Shown: positions 50,943 through 63,245 of the stretch, in pieces
Layout: each line of letters starts with the position of its first letter
Position numbering within the stretch: the first letter of the stretch is position 1
DNA from: Chiloscyllium plagiosum
Lineage: Eukaryota
Assembly (NCBI RefSeq): GCF_004010195.1
Contig: NC_057718.1
Span: forward strand, 94,800,702-94,864,701
Length of the DNA stretch: 64,000 nt
Reading direction: 5' to 3'
Notes under the pieces: generated by a model
The model's input: only the letters and a program-made list of their open reading frames with translations
What the model was told of the DNA's origin: nothing
Databases searched by the model: none
Translations under genes and position numbers: made by a program

Positions 50943-51599
50943 TAACCAATTTGGCAGCATTCTGAAGATGAGCCTTTCTGGACTTAAAACATTAATTGTG
51001 TTTCTCTCTCCACGGATGTTTCCTGGCCGCTAAACTTCTCCAGCATTCTCTGTGTTTGTTTAAGCAGGTTATTTGTCTGCTTCATGCAGCATTAGATGCA
51101 GGAAGTTGCTAAATCTAAATAACAAGTAAACTGTTACTGGAAGATTTGCTTGATTACATCTTTTAATTGCTAAATCGACAAAATGTACAAAAGGGTATGC
51201 AATAATTAGACGTTTCCCTTTTTGTATATATATTTCTAATATGATCCAGTTATGATATTTTATACAGAATATCTTGAATAGATTGGGACAGCCACGCTCA
51301 TGACTTGTAGATCCAAGACGCTAACATCTAACAAGGTTTAAAAGTACAACAGCTCCACCTTTAGAGATTCTGCAGTAATTTGAAACATTCAATGCTCTTT
51401 GATCCAGAAATGTTCAAAAGACATGTTGCAGTCTCAATTATAACCTGTGTCAGTACAAAGGCATCCTCCATTGGATTGTTCATGTCTTGCAAAGTGAAAT
51501 GATGTCGGTTTAAGTACGTAACAAGTTTGAATTAAAACAGTAGGTAATGGAAAAGAATGTAGCCACCAATTTTTGTTGCAGCCTGATGCCCATAAATAT

Positions 51600-52035
51600 A
51601 CAAGTTATAGAAAGGATATTATTAAACTGGAGAGGGTTCAGAAGATATTTACTAGAATGTTGCTGGGTATGGAAGGTTTAAGTTATAAAGAAAGGCTGGA
51701 TAGGCTGGGACGTTTTTGACTGAGCGTAAGAGGTTGAGAGGCGACCTGATAGAAGTTAATAAAATAATGAGGGGTACAGATAGCATTAATGGTAGTTGCC
51801 TTTTCCTTAGGATGGAAGATTTCAAGACTAGGGGTCACATTTTTAAGGTGAGAGGAGAGAGATTTTAAAAAGACATTGGGACAAATTGTTTACACAGAGG
51901 TTCGCATGTGGAATGATCTTCCCTGAGGAAAAATTACAATATTTAAAAGACTTTTTGATAAATACATGAATAGGAAAGATTTTGTGAGGTATGGGCTAGG
52001 AGCCGGCAGGTGGGACTAGCTTATTTTGGGGTTAT
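51600..52035 (+). mobile_element. CR1 3' part
   Basis: KDIIKLERVQK...LSYKERLDRLG-like sequence and 3' end. Confidence 0.85.
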
Positions 52036-52044
52036 CTGATCACA

Positions 52045-52178
52045 CCTTCCTGATGAAGAGCTTATGCTTGAAACATTGACTCTCCTGCTCCTCAGACGCT
52101 TCCTGACCAGTTGTGTTTTTCCAATACCACACTTTTTGACTCTGATCTCCAGCATCTGCAGTCCTCACTTTCTCCTCC
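52045..52178 (+). mobile_element. PLE family A solo terminal repeat; hammerhead at 52050-52080
   Basis: CTGATGA-A-GAGC(TTAT)GCTT-GAA-ACAT-T-GA; common 3' end gcagtcctcactttctcc. Confidence 0.8.
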
Positions 52179-52787
52179 TTAAAGGTGAAGTCATTTAAAG
52201 GAAAGGTACACATACAATAATCTCCTCCTTTCCAAAAGATGGGTTAAAATAGGGGATGAATGTTCCATTAAAAAAAACAAATTATAAATTCTCTAATAAC
52301 TATTAAAGATAGATAAAATAAAGGATTTTATGTATAAATGTAGAATAAAGATTAAGATAGGCCTTTTTAGTTTTCAAGATGTCACTCTGTGTGTCAATTG
52401 ATAACTGTTACTTCACCCTAAGAATATTGAACAGCCTAGTCATTAAGTTTACACACGTGGTTCAAAATGCTTTCCAATGATAGGAAATTCACTGTGCAAG
52501 CTAAAGATTAAAGCAGTTGTTTTCAGCTAACACAACATGATTACTTTTATATTGCTGAGAAAAAGAGGCATGCTTTCAAAGTTCCTTGTCTCGTCCACCA
52601 AGGGACAAAAGTCCCCTCATGCATTCGTACAGAAAAATAGAAAATAGAAACAGTTGGTGTCTACTTGCCAACCAATCAGCAGCCTTTTTCTTTTCCTGTA
52701 TAAATTGTTGCACCACTCAAAATTTGAAATTCTTGTGTCTGTCCTGATGAGTGCACAATGACAAGCAGTGCTTAAGTTCTGTACATG

Positions 52788-53008
52788 TTGTGGAGGTGCT
52801 GGCGTTGGATTGGGTGGACAAAGTTAAATATCAGGAGAAAGTGAGGACTGCAGATGCTGGAGATCAGAGTCAAAGAGTGTGGCGCTGGAAAAGCACAGCA
52901 GGTCAGACAGCATCCAAGGAGCAGGAGAGTCAACATTTCAAGCATAAGCCCTTCATCAGGAATGAGGCTTCCTCTTGGGCTGTAACCTGGTGTGTGATTT
53001 TTAAACTA
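52788..53008. mobile_element. PLE family B fold-back interrupted by a family A copy (52833-52965, -)
   Basis: Family B arms flank an antisense family A unit carrying a hammerhead. Confidence 0.7.
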
Positions 53009-53629
53009 TGTTGTGTACTACCAAGAAACTATCATTACATTGATGGGACTAGATTAATTTAGGATATCTGGTTGACATGGACGAGTTGGACCAAAGGGTC
53101 TGTTTCTGTGCTGCACATCTTTATGACTCTATAACTCAGTATCATTTTAATTATTTCGCTAACATTTTGAAACTTGAAGGACCTAGCCTCTCCAAACATC
53201 CTGGGCTTTGTCATGATATTCTTTGCTTTGAATAGTGACCTTGAGCTAAATTTGTATGGTCGATTCAGAGCTCTTAGATTTTCTTGGAGATCCTGGTATC
53301 ATTTATTCAACTGTGACAGTGGGTGAATTTTCTTTATCACCATCAGTTTCCTCAATTCAATTCTGGAAACAAAACAAAGATCAAAGCTTTGGTTCATGTA
53401 AACCTGGTGTTGAAAGATTTTTTTTTAACAAGAAACAAACATGATCTGAAGTAAAGAGAAAGTGGGGAACAGTGGGATGGGAGTAGGAAAGGGGAGGTCA
53501 GTGGCATTGGAGCAAGGGGAAGAGGAGACATGGCCATAGCTTGGTTGATAAAAGGGAATATGTCGGAATAGTGATGGGAATACGACGTTAGTATGAAGGC
53601 TCAAGGGTAGTGAGGGGGAGACACAAGAA

Positions 53630-54400
53630 CTAGGAACAAGAGTAGGCAATTCAGAACCTCAAATCTACTCCACTATTTAATATGATCGTGATTGATCTCA
53701 TTACAATCTCAACTCCACTTTCTCACCTGCTCTCCATAACCTTACAATTAGCTACTAATCAAAAATCTATCTGTATGTTCCTTAAATTTATTCAATGTCC
53801 CCCCATCCATTGCACTCTGGAATAGTGAATGCCCACTCGTGATCCTTTCAGAGAAACAATTTCTCATTATCTCTGTTTTGAATATGCTACCATTGTCCTA
53901 AACTATGACCTCTCATTCTGGGTTGCCCCACAAGTGGAAACATCCTTATGACATCGACATTGTCAATATCTTTTAGCACCTTACATACCTCAATTAGATT
54001 TCCATGAATTCTTCTAAACTTGAGAGAGTTTAGGCCTAAACTGCTCTATCTCTCTTCATAAGACAAACCCATCATTCCTAGAATTAATCTAGTGAAACTG
54101 CTCTGAATTACCTCTAACTGTATCCCTCCTCAAAATTGGACACAATACTGTACTGACTTACTAATTCCTTGCAAAGTTGCAGGAATACTTCTTTTTTAGT
54201 CCCAAGATGTGCACATCAGATGAATTGACCATGCTAAATTGCCCATACTATTAGGTGCATTAGTCAGAGGGAAATGGGTCTGGGTGGGTTGCTCTTCAGA
54301 GGGTCAGTGTGGACTTGTTGGGCCGAAGGGCCTGTTTCCACACTGTAGAGAATATAATCTAATCTAATCTTATACTCTATTAGCAATGAATGCCAAAAAT
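53630..54400 (-). mobile_element. Old CR1 3' region with a HE1-type SINE 3' half inserted (54198-54370, +)
   Basis: Similar to the 55232 and 59030 family; SINE tail (AATCT)n. Confidence 0.7.
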
Positions 54401-55231
54401 GGGGTCAAGAAAGAGGTAGAGAAATTGACGGGGAGTAAGATGCATCAGTGAGGTGGAAAGATGGGAAGGGAACCATTAAGGGTGAGTTGCAATCTATGAT
54501 TAGGAAAGCATGTACAATTAAGAGAGTTAAGGGATATTATCCATGTGACACCATGCCATGTGGATATTGTGCTGTCATGTCATGTGATATTCCTGCATTA
54601 AAATGGTGCTAATCCCACCTTGCCACTGTACTTTGAATCCCCAAAAGAAAATCACTTGGGCAAAGCCCAGACACATTGATGTCTTGCAATTGTAATATAA
54701 TATAGCTGCGTTGTAGTTACATTTCCTGTGATGTGTTTGCAGTAAGAACATGGTCTCAGTGTTCATGTTACGAGAGCTAACACAATAGCACAAGAATTCA
54801 TTGAGGGGAATGTTTTCACTCCAGCCTCCTACCCATGCAGCTTTCAACAGTTCTTCCCACACAAAACGATAAAAGGAAAAAGCAGAGAAACTAGAAATGG
54901 ACAGAGAGAAGCTGAAAGAAGATTCAAAGGGACAGCAGTAGCAAAGGGGGTTAGAGAAGCACACACAATGACGCACGGATAATAAACAACATGACTGTAC
55001 CTTATTTCCCAATTTAAAAAAATACATCAACAAGTTCATGGGTAGTTTTGGTTCCTTTCTGAAACACACACCTGAATGCTTCATGATTTACTTCATGATA
55101 ACAACAATAACTTGAAATATATCATGCTGAATTTTCATAACTTTATAAAACATTCATTAGTTTGTGCTGTAGTGTTCTTGCAAATCACAGCAAGTCTGCT
55201 CTGTTATTTGTGGAGGTGCACTGCCCTTTTA

Positions 55232-56430
55232 AGTAAGACCAGAAGATCATATGACCTAGGAGCAGAAATTAGGCCATTCAGCTCCATCGAGTCTGCTCCG
55301 CCATTCAATCATGGCGGATAAGTTTCTCAAGGAGGAGAAAGTGAGGACTGCAGATGCTGGAGATGGCTGATACGTTTTTCAACCCCATTCTCCTGCTTTC
55401 TCCCTTTAACTCTTGATCCCCTACAATCAAGACAAGGCAAGGCCCCTACAACCAAGAACCTATCTATCTCAATCTTAAACACACTCAGCGACCTGGCCTC
55501 CACAGTCTTCTGTGGTAATGAATTGCGTAGGTTCACCAATCTCTGGCTGATAAAGTTTCTCCTAATCTCCGTCCTAAAAGGTCCTCCCTTTACTCTCAGA
55601 CTATGCCCTCAGGTCCTAGTCTCTCCAACCAATAGAAACATCTTCCCAACATCCATTCTGTCCAGGCCATTCTGTAGTCTGTATGCTTCAATTAGAACCC
55701 CTTCATCCTTCTAAACTCTATCAAGTATAAACCCAGAGTCCTCAAACATTCCTCATATGTTAAGCTTTTCAGATTCTCCTCTTATCACAGCTCCAGGGCC
55801 AGTACATTCATTCCCAAAACTGTGCACAATATTCCAAATGTCGTCTGACCAAGCCTTATACAGCCTCAGAAGTATATCCTTCCTTTTATGTTCAAGTTTC
55901 TCAAAATAAATGCTTTCATTGCATTTGCCTTCCTAACTACTGACTCAACCTGGAAGTTTACCTTGAAAGAATCTTGGACTAGAACTCCCAAGTCTCTCTG
56001 CACTTCAGACTTTGGAATTTTCTCCCCATTTAGAAAATAATCCATGCCTCTATTCTTCCTACCAGAGTGCATGACCTCACACTTTCCTACATTGTACTCC
56101 ATTTGCCATTTCTTTGCCCAATTTCCTAAGCTGTCCCAATCCTTCTGCAGCCTCCCTGCCTCCTCAATGCTACCTGTCCCTCTACCTATCTTTGTATCAT
56201 CTGCAAACTTAGCCAGAATGCCCTCAGTTCCTTCCTCTAGATTGTTAATGAATAAAGTGAAAAGTTGTGGTCCCAACACAGAGCCTTGTGGAAACACCAC
56301 TTGTCACCGGTTGCCATCCTGAGAAGGACCCGTTTATCCCCACTCTCTGGTGTCTGCCAGACAGCCAAGCTTCTATCCATGCGAGCACCTTGCCTCTGAC
56401 ACCATGGGTCCTTATGTAGGACCTCTGAGA
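55232..56430 (-). mobile_element. CR1 LINE, RT to 3' end
   Basis: PQGSVLGPQLFTLFINNL...AKFADDTKIG...WQMEYNVGKCEVMH. Confidence 0.9.
55331..55362 (-). mobile_element. 32-bp PLE family A end with ~20-bp TSD
   Basis: GGAGGAGAAAGTGAGGACTGCAGATGCTGGAG between atggcggataagtttctcaa and atggctgatacgtttttcaa. Confidence 0.8.
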
Positions 56431-57517
56431 ATAAATCATGGATGGGGCTGATCACAGTGTTTCCCATTCCTTGCAATGAACAGTCTTGTTATTTCCATTG
56501 CAGAAGAATTCATCCAGTTCAGGCCTTGATTATGTCCTTCACTGATATTGCATTTATAATATACAAATGTCTCCAAATACAAGAAAATTATCAAATGTTT
56601 CTCTATAATAAAACCGACATCCTATATACCCATGAGTGGGAACACAGCAGTACTACTTCTTGCAATAAAGCATCACAAGTCCAATAAGACAAAATTTCAT
56701 AACTTTATTGCCCAATGCTGACATTTCCTTGCTACCTCCAATGCTCTAAATCTGCCCTGCAATATCAAAAGGGTGAGTTTACAGCTGGCACATCTTTTAC
56801 TTGAGATGATTTGTTATCAGATTCACAAATAGGATTCGAAAGTAAATGCGGAAAAATAAATTTGAGAGTCACATTTGCTTCATTCTTTGGCAAAATAACC
56901 TATTACCTGTTCTATTTTAGAATCTCTTCTTCAGTCTGCCCCTTCAAGTCTGGTAGGAAACATTATGTTTACATTTTTTCTTTAATTTCTCTCTTGAGAT
57001 AGCAAAGTATATCAAATGTATTGGTTTGCAGAAACTAATTTTGCATTCATAGCTGAACAATATTGAAATACATATAAATTCAAAGCATCTGCATGTGGCT
57101 AACCATCTTCTCGACCCAATGTAAACTCAAAGGAAAGCAGCTGGATCAACAGTCAGACAAGAAATCTTTCTGTTATTATGATTGATTAAATGTGGTTTCA
57201 TTTTATTAACAAGAATCATTGCCTCTGATTGTGTTGATTCTCCCATTGAAATCAGTTTTATCAATTCACAGTGAACACAAATCAACAGCATATCCTGTTA
57301 TTGATTTCTCACTGATTGAGCCTAATGAAGTGATCTTACCTTCAATAAGTATTTGGACAGGAAGCATAATAGAGATCTATTTCCTCTGGTATTAGGAGAT
57401 ATTCTGCTGCACAGTACTACATCTACTAAATACACTGATGTTAAAACAGCCTAGGTACACTCCCTTCCTCTTCTCTTGAGTGGTGAGCAGAATAACTTAA
57501 GAACAGCAATCAAGGTT

Positions 57518-57570
57518 TGACACTGCACTGCAGTAATGAGGGAGTGTTGCAGACTAAGGTCCCCACATCC
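57518..57570 (+). mobile_element. Possible Deu-domain SINE remnant
   Basis: tgacactgcactgcagtaatgagggagtgttgc resembles, from memory, the DeuSINE/AmnSINE central motif. Confidence 0.4.
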
Positions 57571-57610
57571 AGCCTGAAATAAGCCAGAGGGAAAAACATA
57601 AGAGCTACAT

Positions 57611-57800
57611 TCACTTTAAGGCAACTGACATTGGATGTCCCTCAACACAGCTTGATGCTATCTTGTTAACCAACATTTCCCAGAGAGAAGTCACAGGTGC
57701 TCTTGGAAACCAGTCTCCCCAGGCATTGTGTCTCTGCCATCCATTCCCTGTAGACATGGTTGGTTGGGGACAGCCTCCTCTCATATCACAGTGGCAACTA
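57611..57800 (-). pseudogene. Decayed Harbinger (HARBI1-like) transposase fragment
   Basis: VTSLWEMLVNKIASSCVEGHPMSVALK resembles the N-terminal HTH region of Harbinger DDE transposases. Confidence 0.5.
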
Positions 57801-58353
57801 CAGTGAGACCCTTGCACTGGTGTGTTCCCTCACACACAGTTTGCACCTCCTGCCTCTGAATATCTGACCTCATCCACCCTTCTTCTCATTCTTAGTCTCC
57901 TCACCGCAAGGTACATCTCTCACAGACACAACCGTGTGCAGTGGGGATAATGTATACAGGTTTATGGGGAAATTAATGGTGAGGAACTCTGACCGTGGAC
58001 AGAGAGTTTTCCCCTTACCAGAATGATGTATCACAAACCTCTCAGCAGTCCCTCCTCCTGAGATCACATATTAATTCAACTCCAGCTTTTATATCCACCC
58101 AGGTGAGCAATTGTGACGATAAAGAGTTTCCCAGCTGGCCTTTCTCCCATCCTAAAACTGTATTATTGCAGTCAATTGAACTGCTAATGAGGTTAACCCT
58201 CCCTTTATTGTCAGTGCCCCAAATTCACAGCCCAACCAGTGTACTCTGTTTACCAGCATGATGATATCAGGAATGCGACCCAACTCCATCACACGAGATA
58301 GGATGTTGTCATGAGAGGTAATTCCCATTTCAAGAAGGTACAACTCACACCCA

Positions 58354-58668
58354 ATTAGATTAGATTACTTACAGTGTGGAAACAGGCCCTTCGGCCCAAC
58401 AAGTCCACATCGACCCGCCGAAGCGCAACCCATCCAGACCCATTCTCCTACACTTACCCCTGTACCTAACACTACGGGCAATTTAGCATGGCCAATTCAT
58501 CTAACCTGCACATTTTTGGACTGTGGGAGGAAACCGGAGCACCCGGCGGAAACCCACGCAGACACGGGGAGAATGTGCAAACTCCACACAGTCTAGTCGC
58601 CTGAGGCTGGAATTGAACCCGGGTCTCTGGCGCTGTGAGGCAGCAGTGCTAACCACTGAGCTTCCTCC
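58354..58668 (-). mobile_element. HE1-type SINE, young (CpG-rich) full copy
   Basis: Intact A and B boxes, retained CpGs, (GATTA)n tail. Confidence 0.92.
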
Positions 58669-59029
58669 CCGATTTGAATATAAATTAAACTTAGATACAA
58701 TTCTTCTTGGTTCACCTTCTTTAGCTACAATCAATGCACAATAAATACTTTCATTTGATTTGGCAACTCGATTTTTCTGCTTATTGCAATTCTGAATCAG
58801 ACATTCAAGAGCTGATCAATCTATCAGTTTCTGAGCAGATCTAAGCCATAGTATCTCACCTGCCTAATTATTAACATAATTGAATGCTCATCAAAAATCT
58901 TTTTAACTGATCACTTTGTCACAGGCAAATTTTAAATTAGGTGAAAGATAGAAATCTCCACAATGTTACTTTGAAAGCAATTCCCTCATTTGCAACAACA
59001 ACCACGGAGCGGGACAAGAATAGCAATGT

Positions 59030-59582
59030 CCATAAGGCTATAAGACATAGGAACAAAAGTAGCCCATTCAGCCCATCAAATCTGCTCTGCCATTCAGTGA
59101 GATCATGACTGATCTGATAATCTCCAACACCACTTTCCTGCCTTTTCCCTATAACCCTTGATTCCCTTACTGATTAAAAATCTGTCCTTTTCATATTGAA
59201 CATGTTCAACATCTACAGCCTCTACAGCCCTCTGTGGTAAAGAATTCCATAGATTCACTATTCTCTGAAAGAAGAAATTCCACCTCATCTCTGTTTTTAA
59301 AGATGATCTCTCACTCTGAGATTATGCCCTCTGGACCTAGACTCTCCCACAAGCAGAAACAACCTCCCAGCATCTATCATGCTAAGTCCCCTAAAGAGCT
59401 TATGTTTCGATAAGGTTGCCTCTAACTCTTCTAAGTTCCAATAAGTACAGGCTTAACCTACCCAACTCTCCTCATTTGATAATCCCTCTGTACCTGGGAT
59501 CAAGCCAATGAACCTTGTCTGGGTTGCCTCCAATGCCAACATATCTTCCCCAGATAAGAGGACTAAAACTATCCACAGCATT
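59030..59582 (-). mobile_element. CR1 3' part
   Basis: NFFFQRIVNLWNSLPQRAVEA; followed by a HE1 3' half at 59590-59785 (+). Confidence 0.85.
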
Positions 59583-59799
59583 TGTGCTCTGGTTTCTTCC
59601 CACAGTCCAAAAACATGCAGGTTAGGTGAATTGGCCATGCTAAATTTGCCCGTGGTGTTAGGTGAAGGGGTAAATGTAGGGGAATGGGTCTGGATGGGTT
59701 GCTGTTCGGAGGGTCGGGTGGACTTGGTGGGCCGAAGGGCCTGTTTCCACACGGTAAATAATCTATTCCAAATTAAATCTAATCTAGGTGTGCAGCCCC

Positions 59800-60490
59800 T
59801 AAAATGGTAATATTGGGGGATTCAGTAATGGTAATGTCATTGCATGTCCATGAGCCATGGTTAGATTCTCTCTTGTTGAAGATGGTCATTGCCTGGCACG
59901 TGTATGGCACAAATGTTACTTGTCACTTATCAGCCCAAACCTGGATATCGTTCAACTCATGTTACCTTTGGATGTGGACCCTTCAGTATCTGAGGAGTTG
60001 TGAATGGTGGTGAACTTGGTGCAATTGTTGGCAAACATCCCCACCTCTGACCTTATGATGGAGGAAAGGTCATTGATGAAGCAGCTGAAGATGGTCGGGC
60101 CGAGGACCCTACCCTGAGAAACTCCTGCTGTCGTGAAGCTGAGATTAGAGACCGCCAATAACCACAACCATCCTCTTTGATGACTCCAATCCAAGGAGCA
60201 TTTTGCCCTTGATTCCCATTGAATCTAATTTTGCCAGGGCTCTTAGATGCCACATTCAGCATTGTAGGCCATGATCTCTGGAACACAGCTCTTTTTTCCA
60301 TGTTTGAACTAAAGCTGTAATGAGGTCAGGAGTCCTGGTGGGACCCAAACTGGGCATCACTGAGCAGGTTATTGCTGAGCAGTTGCTGCTTGATAGCACA
60401 GTTGACACCTTCCCTCACTTCACTGATGATTGAGAGTAGACTGATGAGGCAGTCATTGACTGGGTTTGTCCTGCTTTTGTGTACAGGATT
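59800..60490 (-). mobile_element. LINE family-2 RT fragment
   Basis: GVSQGRVLGPTIFSCFINDLSSIIRSEVGMFANNCT. Confidence 0.85.
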
Positions 60491-61519
60491 GATGCCCACT
60501 GATGCAGTGGCAAGATGATCATACTTGCTCCTCTTGGTCCCATGAAGCCAAGTCCAATATAACTGGTTACATCTGGTCCAATATAATCCTCAGCTCCACC
60601 AACCATAGAATCAATTGGAGTGAAGTTCAGTGCACATTCTGACCATTCATCCAGAACAGCAGTTGGAGTCCCAGGGTACACATTCAAAATGGGTCACCAC
60701 TCAAAAAAAGCTGTTGTTTCTAGTATTAAATCTCTCTTGTTAGTATTAATCAGACAATAATACTATCAATTCCATCTTGATGCTGTTGCTGCCTGAGCTA
60801 ATAGAAGTGAAAATTGACAGCAATATTTGGGAGGAAGGTTCCATGAGCAATATATAGCCAGAACATCTGTTGCAATGTTTCTGGTTAATGGATGAAAGGT
60901 CCATGCTCAATTCCACTATCTCCAGAGGGATGTCAAAATATGTCTGAACAAGCCAATTACAAATAATTAAATGGGAATTTATTCTCATATGACCGGTTCC
61001 TGAAGAAGGTCATTTGTCAAAGACAATCTCTCAATGGCAATGTTAAATCCAACAGAAATATAAGAATTGAAATCCCCAGTGTTTAAATTTTCCATGTTTA
61101 ATTTTTCCTTCTCGAACTATAGCCCTCAAAAGCTGTTTTTCATCTCCTCCCCACAACCCCCTTGTTTGTGTCTGATATTTTAGCTATGACAACCTGTGAT
61201 ACCTTCATGACTGCAGATTATCAAGCAGTCTGTCAGATTTTAAAAAGACATTGAATAAAATCATTGCCTTAATGAGACAAATGCATGGTCAGCTAATTTT
61301 TCGCCAAAACTGAGCAACTTTTAAAAAATGTATTCACAGATGTGGGTACCACAGGTCAGGCTGGCATTTATTGCCCTTGAGAAGGTGACAGTGAACCACT
61401 TTAGAACCACAATGTTGTGACAGAAGTAGTTCCAGAATTTAAACCGATCCAGTGGTGACTTCAGGCAGTCGCCTTCGCAAGAAAATTGAAATCAGAAAGC
61501 ATGTTACCCTTGGAACAGA

Positions 61520-61872
61520 TGGTTGGCACAGTGACTCAATGGTTCGCACTGCTGCCTCACAGTGCCAGGGACCTGGGTGCAATTCTAACCTTAGGGAACT
61601 GTCTGTGTGGAATTTGCATGGTCTCCCTGTGTCTGCGCAGGTTTCCTCTGGGTGCTGTGGTTTCCTCCCATGGTCCAACAATGTGCAGGGTAGATGGGTT
61701 GACCATGCTATATTGACCATAGTGTCTAGGGATGTGCAGGCTAGATGGATTAGCCAAGGGAAATGCAGGTTGACAGGGAAGGGGTAGGGAGATGGGTGTG
61801 GGTGGGCTGCTCTTTGGTGGGTCAGTGTGGATGGGCTAAATTATCTGCTTCCACACTGTAGGGATTCTATGA
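61520..61872 (+). mobile_element. HE1-type SINE, preceded by a LINE family-2 tail (61325-61500, -)
   Basis: Head, body and tail are recognisable. Confidence 0.88.
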
Positions 61873-63245
61873 GAATGACTTTTCAACTGGGATAGATAAG
61901 CGATGTGAACATACTTTGGGAAGAAAAGTGGAGAAAGAAAACATAGTAATCATCAAGAGCTAATTAATTCTTAGTTTAAATTATCTCCTCCCCAAATACA
62001 CCAAATCATGAGAATGTATTTTTTTAAGTCTCAAAGTGAATCTTGTCTTCATTTTCTTGAACATCAACACATCCGTCCATAGCTGGAGGATAAAAGCAGA
62101 ATCATAGTCACTCGGATAATAAATGGTGAAACTCCGGATGTTACAATCTGACTTATTCCATTATTTTAATGGAATCATAATTTCAGCATGCGAAGCCTTT
62201 TTCTCTGCACTTTGCGAGCATCATTTCACATTACTTTCCAATAATGCTTTAATGGAACATTCAAGAGGAGACTAAAAACCTGCCACAATACCCAGTTCAT
62301 TAAGTGCTCAGGTAAGTTGGCAAGGGCAAATTTCAAAGCTATGTTAGACATTCAGCAGCTGGTTTGTCCTGTGCTTTGGTATGCTCAGCTCTATTGATGC
62401 ACTGCATTTGTACCATCAGAAATGAATATTAAGGTGAAATAAATCATGGTTGCATCTTCTAAATGATGCTTTAATGTTCCATTACCCATCCTTTTATTAT
62501 TTTGCACTTTCCTACTCTCTAAGATTTTTCCAAATTCAGTTAAATACATAGGCCTGGAAATTTGATTGAGCACCACCTGTTTTGTAGATAGAAAACAGGG
62601 TAATCAAAACCAGAATCCAGGTTGCTGAGAAGATTTGGAGGTGGGGGAGGACATGGGCATATATATTTATTCAGTACCTGAGAAATTGCTACTTGCAATA
62701 TTGGAATGAGCTTCCCCACTAGCAGGGACTGGAAATGTTTTGAATGCCCTTTCCAGTTATTAAATAGAACCCTTATCGCTTGAAAAGGAAGAATGTGTAG
62801 TATTCCAGGAAGGAGGTGGGGGAGTGGTACTGAGCGTGTTGCTCATTTGGAGAGCTAGCACTGACACAATGGGCTGAACAGTCGCTTCCTATGCTGTAAT
62901 CACTCTGTGGTCCTTATTGCAGGATCCTTGTGTGAATTGGTCTGCCAAAGCATCTGATTCTCGGAAATGATCAGCAAGAGCACTAGCTCATGTACGCACA
63001 CACAGGCACCGAGGGGTCCACAGAAGCATTATATTTAAAGGGCTCATTCACTCTATATATAACTTAAATGGTACTTTGTCCTTTTGGGCTTTCAGCTGAT
63101 TTCTATTTTCTTTCTTTCCTCACTGCTGCACACAGTTTATTCAACAATGTGGAAAATAAGAAACAAAATAATTGTAGCATTCCATACAGTGATTCAAAGT
63201 ATTATAAATTTTTGTAAGCACTTATCAGTACATTGCATGATTTAC

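Noticed and set aside
52744..52770. CTGATGAGTGCACAATGACAAGC as a possible sixth hammerhead family
   Set aside because: GAAA and stems are too degenerate to support from this single copy
54575..55084. 169-aa minus-strand ORF
   Set aside because: Low-complexity F/S/C composition from pyrimidine-rich DNA; no homology recognised
58590..58668. tRNA gene calls at SINE heads
   Set aside because: The A and B boxes continue into SINE bodies; no complete cloverleaf
62187..62316. Strong plus-strand donor CAG|GTAAGT at 62311
   Set aside because: All three frames from the nearest acceptor contain stops
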